Below, piece by piece: positions 25,989 through 34,729 of a DNA stretch of 64,000 nt (position 1 is the stretch's first letter; the number at the start of each line of letters is the position of its first letter). The notes under the pieces were generated by a model that was given only the letters and a program-made list of their open reading frames with translations, made no database searches and was not told the DNA's origin. The DNA comes from an uncultured Solirubrobacterales bacterium (GTDB lineage Bacteria; Actinomycetota; Thermoleophilia; Solirubrobacterales; 70-9). The stretch spans positions 527,673 to 591,672 of the forward strand of contig OY970376.1 in NCBI GenBank assembly GCA_963718755.1. Direction: 5' to 3'. A program made the translations under genes and the position numbers.

Positions 25989-26246
25989 GTGAAGCAGCCT
26001 CCCCGCCGCACCCGGATCGTCGCCGCGTTCTGCGCGGCGCTGACCATGCTGCTGCTCGCCGCGCCCGCGGCTTTGGCCGAGAATGGCGAGGGCTTGGCGG
26101 GCCGGGTCACCGACAAGACCGTCACCTTCTTCTGCTTTGGCGTGATCGCCTTCTTCGCGATCCTGGTGATCGTCCTCTCGCTGATCCAAGGACGGCTCGA
26201 GAAGCGCAAGGAAATGCGCAAGGCGACGATCAGTCGCCTCGGCTAG
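25989..26246 (+). CDS. Small secreted/membrane protein, hypothetical
   Basis: GTG at 25989. Signal-like AAFCAALTMLLLAAPAALA, then one TM segment (FFCFGVIAFFAILVIVLSLI) and a basic tail. Weak coding evidence. Confidence 0.35.
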   Translation: MKQPPRRTRIVAAFCAALTMLLLAAPAALAENGEGLAGRVTDKTVTFFCFGVIAFFAILVIVLSLIQGRLEKRKEMRKATISRLG

Positions 26247-27100
26247 TCGAGCCGGAACCCGCTGAGCAGGCGTTTCTCGGTCTCGCCCTCGATCTTCGCC
26301 GCGACTTCGACTCGGCCCTCGAGCGGAGTGCCGCGAATCTTGGTCGCGAGCAGGTCGTCGACCTGGAAGATGCCCGCTGAGTTGTTGAGCTCGATCTCGA
26401 TCCGCACGGGACGCTCCTCCCCCACCTCGATCCGCACCTCGTCGACCGCCGCCGCCGAGATCGAGTGGATCCCCTCCTGCCCCGCCTCGATTGGAAGCCG
26501 CGTGCGCCCCTGGGCCATGTCCAGAGCGTCGGCAACGCGAACCACGCCAGCCTCCAGCGTGTAGGGCTCACCCCTCCTCCGGTGACCAATGATCGCGTGC
26601 AGGATCTCACTGGCAACGATTGTCCGCTTCGGCTCTTTGTAGACGTCGGCAAGCAGGCGGTCCAGCGCTCCGCTTGCGAGGAACAGGCTGTACTCCTCAT
26701 GATCAGCGCGGTGGATCGACATACCAACGTCGTGCAGTAGCGCCCCTCCAGCAACGACCACCTCGGCATCCCTTGCCGTCATCCCATGGTCCGCGACAAC
26801 CGCCGGCTCCTCTCCAGCCTTGACCAACAGCCGCAGCAAGCGCAGCGAGATGTTCAACACGATCTGCGTGTGCACCCAGGAGTGGTCCGACATCCCCAGC
26901 CGTTCGGCATGCACTTGGGCCATGTACCACCAGGCCCTCACCTGCTCGTCCTCATTGACCGCGCTAAGGAAGCTCTCAAGCTTCCGGTTCCCCCGCGTCG
27001 GCGCCCGAACTTTCGCTTCAGCTATCGCCTCCGCAGGAGGCTTCCGGCTGGGACCCTGTGGATCGGGGGCTGGGATCGCCTCCTCATTCATGTAAGCCAT
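26243..27100 (-). CDS. HD-domain phosphohydrolase
   Basis: H...HD motif (SWVHTQIV...ALLHDVGMSIHR...D). The internal ATG at 27100 (MAYMNEE) is preferred over the track start at 27250. Confidence 0.8.
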   Translation of the reverse strand: MAYMNEEAIPAPDPQGPSRKPPAEAIAEAKVRAPTRGNRKLESFLSAVNEDEQVRAWWYMAQVHAERLGMSDHSWVHTQIVLNISLRLLRLLVKAGEEPAVVADHGMTARDAEVVVAGGALLHDVGMSIHRADHEEYSLFLASGALDRLLADVYKEPKRTIVASEILHAIIGHRRRGEPYTLEAGVVRVADALDMAQGRTRLPIEAGQEGIHSISAAAVDEVRIEVGEERPVRIEIELNNSAGIFQVDDLLATKIRGTPLEGRVEVAAKIEGETEKRLLSGFRLD

Positions 27101-27144
27101 CGTAGGAAGAGGGCCGGGCGTCCCCCGTCGGAAACCGCGGAGTC

Positions 27145-27242
27145 GGGGACCGGATGCCCCCTGCCGGAACCCGCGACGGTCGCACGGCCAGGGTTCGCGC
27201 CTCCCCGGCTCACAAGTTCCTGCAGGGGGACATCCGGTCCCC
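27145..27242. repeat. Family-2 nested palindromic element, copy X2
   Basis: 20/21-bp inverted repeat (27145-27164 / 27222-27242, one bulged A) with an inner GAACCC/GGGTTC stem. Its reverse complement aligns with X1 at 20187-20295. Confidence 0.85.
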
Positions 27243-27258
27243 TTTCGCAAGCTGCTGA

Positions 27259-27753
27259 CTAGCCGCAGACGGGCCAGGGGCTTGAGCCGGACTGGGCGTA
27301 GAGCAGCGCTGCCCTGTAGTCCTGCTCGTCCTCGGGAGCTGCTGCAGGGTCACCGCTGCCACCTACAGACGCCCAGGTTTCAAACGAGAACTGGTACTTG
27401 CCTCGGTAGCTGCCGTCGCTCGAGACGATGGTGGGGTCGCCGCCGGACTCGCAGGATGCGATGGATTCGAGGGTTGCCATCGAAACGCCGCCCGGGAGGG
27501 TCGCGAAGGCTTCCTCGCGTTCGCGCTCGATGCGCGCGCGGCGAGCCGCTTGGATGCGCTTCGCTGCCTTGCGCATCTCGATGTGGATCCTCGGGCCACG
27601 GAGGAGCAACGGGGCCTGTGCAGCCGGTCGCGCGTCCGCCAAGCCGATACGGGGATCGGGGTCGGGCGCGTCTGGCGCCGCGAGCGCGGCAGCCGGGACG
27701 ACCAGAGCGATCAGGACGAGAACGGATATGGAGTATGTGCGTTTTATGAGCAA
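27259..27753 (-). CDS. Secreted Rpf-like (resuscitation-promoting-factor type transglycosylase-like) protein
   Basis: TTG start, signal peptide, and C-terminal CESGGDPT...GKYQFSFETW...PWPVCG motif of the transglycosylase-like (Rpf) domain. Confidence 0.8.
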   Translation of the reverse strand: MLIKRTYSISVLVLIALVVPAAALAAPDAPDPDPRIGLADARPAAQAPLLLRGPRIHIEMRKAAKRIQAARRARIEREREEAFATLPGGVSMATLESIASCESGGDPTIVSSDGSYRGKYQFSFETWASVGGSGDPAAAPEDEQDYRAALLYAQSGSSPWPVCG

Positions 27754-27897
27754 GCGCGGAACCGTGGCGGGGTTCCGGTTGCTGGAGGGTGATCGGGCGC
27801 ACAGTGCTCACATTTGCGTGCGGATTTGCACGAACTCAGGCGTGAATCGCGCGGCCCAGTGGCGTTCGTTGAAAGCGATTGTGCGTCTAAACGCGCG

Positions 27898-28763
27898 ATG
27901 ATCCGCGCATCGACGGCCAGCCCCCCACCTCGCGACTGCTCCTCGCCTGCCCTGATCAGCCCGGGCTGATCGCCGCCGTCAGCGGCTTCCTCGCCGAGGC
28001 CGGCTGCAACATCGTCGACGCCGATCAGCACTCGAGCCGCGAGGGGCGTTTCTTCATGCGGATGGCCTTCGATCCCGCCCCCGAGGAGGAGCGGACGGCC
28101 CTCTATCGCCGCTTCGAGGAGGAGATCGCAGCGCCCCTGCAGATGGATCACCACTTCGCCGAGTCGAGCGACCACAAGCGGGTGGCGATCATGGTCTCGC
28201 GCGAAGACCACTGCCTCTCCGACCTGCTCTGGCGCTGGCGCAGCGGAGAGCTGGGCGCCGAGGTCGTCGCGGTCGTCTCCAACCATCCCGACCACGCCGA
28301 TCAGGTCGCCTCGCTCGGCCTACCCTTCCACCACGTCCCGATCGAGAAAGACGGCCGCTCCGCCGCCGAGGCGCAGGTCCTCGAGCTGCTCGGCGACCAG
28401 GTCGATCTGCTCGTCCTAGCCCGCTACATGCAGATCCTCTCGGCGGATTTCCTCGACCGGCTCGGCGCGCCGGCGATCAACATCCACCACAGCTTCCTGC
28501 CCGCCTTCGTCGGCGCCGACCCCTACGCCCGCGCCCACGAGCGCGGCGTCAAGCTGATCGGCGCCACCGCCCACTACGTAACCGAAGAGCTCGACGCCGG
28601 GCCGATCATCGACCAGGACGTCACCCGGGTCAGCCACCGCGACGAGGTCGACGACCTGATGGGAATCGGACGCGACGTCGAGCGCCTCGTCCTCGCCCGC
28701 GCGGTCAAGGCGCACCTCGACGACCGGGTGTTGCTGGACGGGGACCGCACGATCGTCTTCTAG
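27898..28763 (+). CDS. purU: Formyltetrahydrofolate deformylase (start unresolved; see finding)
   Basis: Formyltransferase core (HHSFLPAF, GATAHYVT..LDAGPII) from 28056. The in-frame upstream region 27933-28055 encodes the ACT domain (RLLLACPDQPGLIAAVSGFLAEAGCNIVDADQHS) but has no canonical start. The ATG at 27898 is one frame off. Confidence 0.8.
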
Positions 28764-28765
28764 TC

Positions 28766-28787
28766 AAACTGGCTGGTTAGCCAGTTT
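28766..28787 (+). terminator. Hairpin after purU (possible intrinsic terminator or operator before the P450 gene)
   Basis: AAACTGGCT-GGTT-AGCCAGTTT perfect 9-bp stem ending in a T run. Lies between the purU stop (28761-28763) and the P450 start (28794). Confidence 0.45.
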
Positions 28788-28793
28788 TGCCAT

Positions 28794-30161
28794 ATGGTGG
28801 TGTCGATGGAGCAGGCGACGATTACGCGCCCGGCGGCAAGCAGGCCGGCACAGGTGCAGTTCCCACCCGGCACCAGGCTGCCTGCGGCGGCCCAGATTGG
28901 CCTCTACGCGCGTGATCCGCTCGGCTTCCTGATCCGCAACCAGCGCCGCTACGGCGACATGTTCACGGTCTCCTTCCCCTTCTTCCGGAGACTCGTCTAC
29001 GTCGCCGACCCGGCCCTGGTCAAAGCGCTCTTCACCACCTCCCCCGAGCAGGCGCACGCCGGCGAGGCGAACGCGACCATCCTCGAGCCGGCGCTCGGGC
29101 CGAACTCGGTCCTCACCCTCGACGAGGCGCCGCACATGCGCCAGCGCAAGCTGCTGCTGCCGCCGTTCCACGGCGAGCGGATCCAGCGCTACGGCGAGCT
29201 GATCCGCGACGTGACCCTGGGCGAGATGGAGAGCTGGCCGGTCGGCGAGCCGTTCGCGCTGCGTCCGCATACGCAGCGGATCACCCTGGCGGTGATCATG
29301 CGGGCGGTCTTCGGCGTCCACGACGAGGATCGCCTGACCCGCTTCGAGCACCTGATCGAGACCTTTGCCGGGCGGCTCAGCCTGGTCACCGCGATCCCGC
29401 CGCTGCGCCGCAGCTACGGCCGCTGGAGCCCCTGGGCGCGCTTTGTCGCCGCCCGCGAGGCGCTCGACGCCTTCATCTACGAGGAGATCGCTCTGCGCCG
29501 CGCCGAGAACGCCGGCCGGCCACAGGAGGCCGACGACGTGCTCTCGCTGCTGCTCGCCGCCCGCCACGACGACGGCAGTCCGATGAGCGACGCCGAACTT
29601 CGCGACGAGCTGGTCACGATCCTTGGCGCCGGGCACGAGACGACCGCGACCGGCCTCGCCTGGGCGATGGAGCGCCTGCTGCGCACCCCGCGTGTGCTGG
29701 CCCGACTGCGGGAATCGGTCGCCGCCGGCGAGGACGACTACCTCGACGCTACGGTCAAGGAGACGCTGCGTACCCGCCCGGTGATCGTCGACGTGGCGCG
29801 CAAGCTGACCGCGCCGAAGTCGATCGGCGGCTACGAGCTGCCCGCCGGGACCTTCGTGATGGCGGCAATCGCGGCCCTGCACTACCGCGAGGACCTCTTT
29901 CCCAACCCCGGTGAGTTCCGCCCCGAGCGCTTCCTCGAGGGCAGAGCCGACACCTACGCCTGGATCCCCTTCGGCGGCGGCGTACGGCGCTGCATCGGTG
30001 CGGCCTTTGCCGAATACGAGATGCGGATCGTGCTGCGAGCGATCCTCGAGCGGGCCGAGCTGAGCGCCCCCGACCCCAAGCCGGAAAAGGTCAAGGTCCG
30101 CAACATCACCCTCGCCCCCGGCAAGGGGACGCTGGTCAGCCTCGATCGCCCGTTGCGCTAA
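28794..30161 (+). CDS. Cytochrome P450
   Basis: Heme-binding loop FGGGVRRCIGAAFA, EXXR (ETLR), and I-helix GHETTA. Confidence 0.9.
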   Translation: MVVSMEQATITRPAASRPAQVQFPPGTRLPAAAQIGLYARDPLGFLIRNQRRYGDMFTVSFPFFRRLVYVADPALVKALFTTSPEQAHAGEANATILEPALGPNSVLTLDEAPHMRQRKLLLPPFHGERIQRYGELIRDVTLGEMESWPVGEPFALRPHTQRITLAVIMRAVFGVHDEDRLTRFEHLIETFAGRLSLVTAIPPLRRSYGRWSPWARFVAAREALDAFIYEEIALRRAENAGRPQEADDVLSLLLAARHDDGSPMSDAELRDELVTILGAGHETTATGLAWAMERLLRTPRVLARLRESVAAGEDDYLDATVKETLRTRPVIVDVARKLTAPKSIGGYELPAGTFVMAAIAALHYREDLFPNPGEFRPERFLEGRADTYAWIPFGGGVRRCIGAAFAEYEMRIVLRAILERAELSAPDPKPEKVKVRNITLAPGKGTLVSLDRPLR

Positions 30162-32065
30162 TCCCTGCCAACGGCCTCGACCTCCGCTTCGGCCGTCTCC
30201 CATTGTTCGATCAGGTCGGCGACGGCCTGCCTCGCGGCGGCGTGGCGCGCTTCCGCTCGCTCGGCTCGCCCCGGGCTCGACCAGGCTTCCGGATCCGCGA
30301 GCTCCTCCTCCAGCGCGCGCAGGTCGGCCTCCGCGCGCTCGATCTGCTCGGCCAGTCGGCCGGCCCTCCGCACCGCCTTCTTGGCCGCGCGCCCGGCGTT
30401 GCGACCATCGGCTGAAGCAGGCGCGGATTTCTCGCCCTGCACCACCGTCTCTGTCGCGGCTTCCCTTTCGTCGCGCTCGCGCTGGTAGGTGGCCCAGCCG
30501 CTCGCGTAGCTGCGCAGCTCGCCGTCCTCGCAGACGAGCGTGCGGGTGCCGACCGCCTCCAGCAGGGCGCGGTCGTGGGAGACGAGGATCACCGACCCTT
30601 CGAAGGCAGAGAGGGCGTCCTCGAGCGCCTCGCGGCTCTCCAGGTCGAGGTGGTTGGTCGGCTCGTCGAGGATCAGGACGTTGGCGCCGGAGGCGACCAG
30701 GATCGCCAGCGAGAGCCGCCGCTGCTCGCCGCCGGAGATATCGCCGAGTTGCTTCTGGGCATCGCTGCCGGAGAAGAGGAAGTTGCCGAGCAGGTCGCGT
30801 GCCCTCTGGCCGCTGAGCCCGGTCCCCCGCTGCGCGGCGTCGAGCACGGTCCCCTCCCCCGCGGCGGTGTCGGCGTGCTGGGAGAGATAGCCGACTTTGA
30901 CGTTGTGACCGAGCCGCACGGAGCCTGCGGCCGGCTCACGCTGCCCGGCGAGCGTCTCGATCAGCGTCGTCTTCCCCGACCCGTTGGGCCCAACCAGGAC
31001 GACGTGTTCGCCGCGCTCGACTTCGACCCGGGCGTCGGCGAGCAGGGTCCGGCCCGGGACCTCGATAGTCGCCCCGACCAGCTTGAGCACGGTCCTCCCG
31101 GGCCGCTCGGGCTGGATGAAGGAGAAGCGCAGGTTGCGGCGGTCGCGCTGCTCGGCCTCGACCCCGTCGCGCTTGATCTTGTCGATCTGCTTCAGCCGCG
31201 ACTGGGCCTGGCGCGCCTTCGTCGCCTTGTAGCGGAAGCGCTCGACGAAGCGCTCCATGCGGGCGATCTCGGCCTCCTGCCGCTCGATCGCCTTGCCGCG
31301 GGCGATCTCGCGAGCCGCCTGCTCCTTGCGCCAAGCGTGCCAGGGCCCGGCGAAGAAGCGGGCCTTCTTCGCCTCCAGCTCGAGCACCGAGGTGCCGACC
31401 GCCTCGAGGAACCAGCGATCGTGGGCGACGAGGACGACAGCGGCGTCGAGGTCGCGCAGGTAGCGCTCGAGCCACTCCAGCGAGGGAATGTCGAGGTGGT
31501 TGGTCGGCTCGTCTAGCAGCAGCAGGTCCGGTCGGGTCGCCAGCGCCCGCGCCAGCGAGGCCCGGGTCAGCTCGCCGCCCGAGAAGGTCGAAAGCGAGCG
31601 CTCGGCCTCCTCGCCGCCGAAGCCGAGGCCGCGCAGGACGGAGAGGACGCCATCGCGCCAGCGGTAGCCGCCACCGTGCTCGAGCAGCTGCTGGGCGGCA
31701 GCGTAGGCGTTCAGCGTGTCCTCCCCGGTCTCCCCAGCGGACATCGCTGCCTCGAGCCGCTCCAGCTCTGCCTCCGTTTGCAGCATCTCGGTGCGGCCGG
31801 AGAAGACGTACTCGCCCAAAGAGATCTCTGTCTGCCGCGGCGGCCGCTGGTCGTGCAGGGCAACGCGCGCGCCTTTCTGCAGGACGAGACTGCCCGCATC
31901 GGGCGACAACTCCCCGGCCAGCAGCCGCAGCAGCGTCGACTTGCCGGCGCCGTTGCGGCCCGACAGGGTCATCCGCTCGCGCGGCTCGAGCTTGAAGGAG
32001 ACGCCGGCGAACAAGAGCTGGCCACCCATGTGGACGTCGAGACTGGTTGCGGTTGCGATTGCCAT
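30158..32065 (-). CDS. ABC-F family ATPase (two NBDs, C-terminal coiled coil)
   Basis: Two Walker A sites (GRNGAGKST, GPNGSGKTT), two signatures (FSGGELTR, ISGGEQRR), and no TM domain. ATG at 32065 (MAIATATSLDV); the track ORF is over-extended. Confidence 0.9.
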   Translation of the reverse strand: MAIATATSLDVHMGGQLLFAGVSFKLEPRERMTLSGRNGAGKSTLLRLLAGELSPDAGSLVLQKGARVALHDQRPPRQTEISLGEYVFSGRTEMLQTEAELERLEAAMSAGETGEDTLNAYAAAQQLLEHGGGYRWRDGVLSVLRGLGFGGEEAERSLSTFSGGELTRASLARALATRPDLLLLDEPTNHLDIPSLEWLERYLRDLDAAVVLVAHDRWFLEAVGTSVLELEAKKARFFAGPWHAWRKEQAAREIARGKAIERQEAEIARMERFVERFRYKATKARQAQSRLKQIDKIKRDGVEAEQRDRRNLRFSFIQPERPGRTVLKLVGATIEVPGRTLLADARVEVERGEHVVLVGPNGSGKTTLIETLAGQREPAAGSVRLGHNVKVGYLSQHADTAAGEGTVLDAAQRGTGLSGQRARDLLGNFLFSGSDAQKQLGDISGGEQRRLSLAILVASGANVLILDEPTNHLDLESREALEDALSAFEGSVILVSHDRALLEAVGTRTLVCEDGELRSYASGWATYQRERDEREAATETVVQGEKSAPASADGRNAGRAAKKAVRRAGRLAEQIERAEADLRALEEELADPEAWSSPGRAERAEARHAAARQAVADLIEQWETAEAEVEAVGRD

Positions 32066-32110
32066 CACGCCCAGAATGCCGATTGGCAAGCCCCCGCGTA
32101 ACCTCAGACG

Positions 32111-32617
32111 ATGGAGCGAGATGAGCTGCGGGCGATTCAAGCGCCGCTGAAGGAGCGCTACGAGGAGGAGCCGCAGGCCGCTCTCGTCACGCTGAAGGCG
32201 AGCGGCAGCCTCGGCGAAGGCGTCTCGTGCTCGGTCGACACCGGCCGGGCGCTGGCGGAGGCGGGCCTGCACCCGGCTTCCGGCGGCGACGGGACCCAGC
32301 TCTGCTCGGGCGACATGCTGCTCGAGGCCTTGGTCGCCTGCGCCGGGGTGACCCTACGCGCAGTCGCTACTTCACTCGGGATCGTGGTCGAGTCGGGCAC
32401 GGTCAGCGCCGTAGGCGAGCTCGATTTCCGCGGCACGCTCGCGGTCGACCGCGAGGCACCCGTCGGCTTCCGCACCATCCGCCTCAGCTTCGACCTCGAG
32501 ACCGAGGCAAACGAGGAGGAACTCGCAACGCTGCTGAAGCTGACCGAGCGCTACTGCGTCGTCTTCCAGACGATTTCGACCCCGCCTGAGCTGTCGGTCG
32601 CGGTCACGGCTGGATAG
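32111..32617 (+). CDS. OsmC/Ohr family peroxiredoxin-like protein
   Basis: 168 aa with the two conserved Cys regions (LCSGDMLLEALVAC...). OsmC-like layout. Confidence 0.8.
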   Translation: MERDELRAIQAPLKERYEEEPQAALVTLKASGSLGEGVSCSVDTGRALAEAGLHPASGGDGTQLCSGDMLLEALVACAGVTLRAVATSLGIVVESGTVSAVGELDFRGTLAVDREAPVGFRTIRLSFDLETEANEEELATLLKLTERYCVVFQTISTPPELSVAVTAG

Positions 32618-32624
32618 GCGCACC

Positions 32625-33551
32625 GTGCTGCAATCGCTGCGGCACATCGGCGAGCTGACAAAGGCACGGGCGACGAGGCGCTCCGCTGAACGCGACGACA
32701 GCCAGTCGCTAAGTGAGCTGGAGCGTCGCCCACTGGAGCTGCCCGAGGACCTCGAAGTCGAGTGGTTGGGAGTGTCTGGCTACCGGCTCAGCCATGAAGG
32801 CAAAACGCTCTTCGTCGACCCCTACTTGTCACGCGTCCCCCTGCGGAACCTGGTCCTTCGCCGCCAAGCCCTGCCCGACCCGACGGCGCTCGAGCGCTTT
32901 GGCGGCGCAGCCGGAGAAGTCGTCGGCGTACTTGTCGGCCACACCCACTTCGATCACGCGGTCGACGCGCCGGCGATCGCCCGCCGCTTCGGCTGCAGGG
33001 CCTACGGCTCGGACTCGCTGCTCAACTTGATGGCCCTGCACGGGCTGGGCGAGAGCACTGTCGTCGTCGAGCCCTACCGCGCATACGAGCTGGGGCCGTT
33101 CGTCGTCCGCTTCACCCCCAGCATCCACTCGAAGCTGCTGCTCGGCCTCGCGGTCCCCTACGACGGCGAACTGACCTGCGAGCACCTCGACTCCCTCTCC
33201 CCTGGTGCCTACCGTTGCGGGCGGGTCTGGGGTATCTCGATCGAGGTCGCCGGGGTGCGCTTCTACCACCAGGGCAGCGCCAACCTGATCGACGAGGCCG
33301 TGCGCGAGCGTGGCGTCGACGTCTTCCTCGCCGGCGTCGCCGGGCGCGGCTTCACCCGCGATTACTGGCAGAGGATCCTCCCCCTGCTGGACCCGAGGGT
33401 CGTGGTGCCGACCCACTACGACAACTTCTTCCGCCCGCTCGGCCGGCCGCTGGAGTTCGTCTCCAACGTCCAGCTCTCCGAGCTGCCGGATGAGATCGGC
33501 GCCGTCAGCGGCGAGATCGAGCTCGCCGCCCTCCCTCGCTCCGACCTCTGA
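32625..33551 (+). CDS. Metallo-beta-lactamase fold hydrolase
   Basis: HxHxDH motif (GHTHFDH) and a downstream His/Asp pattern. Confidence 0.75.
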   Translation: MLQSLRHIGELTKARATRRSAERDDSQSLSELERRPLELPEDLEVEWLGVSGYRLSHEGKTLFVDPYLSRVPLRNLVLRRQALPDPTALERFGGAAGEVVGVLVGHTHFDHAVDAPAIARRFGCRAYGSDSLLNLMALHGLGESTVVVEPYRAYELGPFVVRFTPSIHSKLLLGLAVPYDGELTCEHLDSLSPGAYRCGRVWGISIEVAGVRFYHQGSANLIDEAVRERGVDVFLAGVAGRGFTRDYWQRILPLLDPRVVVPTHYDNFFRPLGRPLEFVSNVQLSELPDEIGAVSGEIELAALPRSDL

Positions 33552-33557
33552 CCCTCG

Positions 33558-34097
33558 TCAGCCGGCGAAGTGCTTGGCGGCGATCTGGTCGACCGTGCCC
33601 TTGGTTCTGATCGTCATCGGGCCGAGGGCGCGATCGAGCGCCTTCAGGTCCAGCTCCGATTCGGACATGCCACCCTCAGGCAGCCAGTAGAGCTCACGAC
33701 CCTCGATCGCGAGCCGGTCGGCCGTGCTCGACAGCGCCAGCGCCTCTTTGGCTTTCGCCGCCGACGGTCTGCGCGTCAGCAGCGCCACCTGCAGCTTTCC
33801 CTTCGAGCCCGCGAGCTGCTTAGCGTCAAATGGCTCCTGGGTGGCGATCGCAAGTAGCTGCTTGCCCGAGCGGAGGAAGACCGGGACCTCGTAGCCAAGC
33901 GCTTCGCCAAGGCCCTCTTCGAGTTGCCCGGTTAGTTCGGCGGGACGTCCGTCTTTGGCAAAGACCACGTTGCCACTGGCGCGAAAAGTGGCGACGTCCT
34001 CACAGCCAAGCGCCTCGAAATGCGAGCGCAGCCCCTCATTGGTGATCCGCCGCCCACCGAGGTTCATCCCCCGCAGGAAGGCGACGTAGCGGTTCAT
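33558..34097 (-). CDS. DUF1697 family protein
   Basis: MNRYVAFLRGMNLGGRRI N-terminus is the DUF1697 hallmark. Internal ATG at 34097. Confidence 0.75.
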   Translation of the reverse strand: MNRYVAFLRGMNLGGRRITNEGLRSHFEALGCEDVATFRASGNVVFAKDGRPAELTGQLEEGLGEALGYEVPVFLRSGKQLLAIATQEPFDAKQLAGSKGKLQVALLTRRPSAAKAKEALALSSTADRLAIEGRELYWLPEGGMSESELDLKALDRALGPMTIRTKGTVDQIAAKHFAG

Positions 34098-34105
34098 TGC
34101 CGGCC

Positions 34106-34354
34106 CTAAGAAGCGCGAATCCGGGCGTAGAGCGTCTCCGGAGCAACGTCCGCTCCGTTTGGCCAAACGATCGTTCCCAGCTCCTCATCCAACTCGACTT
34201 GCCCGAAATAGCTTGGATCCCGCAACGGCTCGAAGACCCCTCGCCAAGTGCGAGCGGAAAAGTCGATCTCTCCCTCACTACCGTCCTCGAAGCACAGGTG
34301 AATCCGGTGATCCCCCACTACCTCGACGCGCGTGACGTGGACAATCGGCTCCAT
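34106..34354 (-). CDS. DUF2442 family protein
   Basis: 82 aa from ATG 34354 (MEPIVHVTRVEVVGDHRIHLCFEDGSEGEIDF...). Always-paired partner of DUF4160. Confidence 0.7.
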   Translation of the reverse strand: MEPIVHVTRVEVVGDHRIHLCFEDGSEGEIDFSARTWRGVFEPLRDPSYFGQVELDEELGTIVWPNGADVAPETLYARIRAS

Positions 34355-34364
34355 GCGCCCAATG

Positions 34365-34625
34365 CTACGGCAGCGGATCGACAGGGGCCAAAGGCTGTTC
34401 GTTCCTTGCCCGCTCCCAATTGAGTTCGAGCTCCTCGCGGTGAATGCGTGCCCACTTGCGCACCAGGGCCAGGCGTTTATGGGGTAGGCCGCCTTGCAGG
34501 ATGCTGAGATCATCAATCGCAATCGAGGCATCATGCCCCGCATATCGAACGTGGAAATGCGGCAGGCCGTGCTCTTCGTAATACATCGTGATGACGATCC
34601 CGTAAAAGCTGCTGATTCGCGGCAC
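34365..34625 (-). CDS. DUF4160 family protein
   Basis: GTG at 34625 gives VPRISSFYGIVITMYYEEHGLPHFHVRY, the canonical DUF4160 N-terminus. Confidence 0.7.
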   Translation of the reverse strand: MPRISSFYGIVITMYYEEHGLPHFHVRYAGHDASIAIDDLSILQGGLPHKRLALVRKWARIHREELELNWERARNEQPLAPVDPLP

Positions 34626-34729
34626 ACCCCGAACCTGCAGGCCCCAAGCGCGCATGTGGTGCGCACTTCGTGCCGCCTCCGTTCCAAGAAAGAGACGGCA
34701 CAAAGACATCTATCTGATGGAGGCGGCCG

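Noticed and set aside
27754-27897. Possible ydaO/cyclic-di-AMP riboswitch upstream of the Rpf-like gene, a common association in Actinobacteria.
   Set aside because: I found only a GGAACC/GGTTCC hairpin and a GGCGTGAATCGCG string on the wrong strand. I could not find the conserved ydaO helices and the ACGGGGA/CCCGA-type cores by eye. Needs cmsearch to settle.
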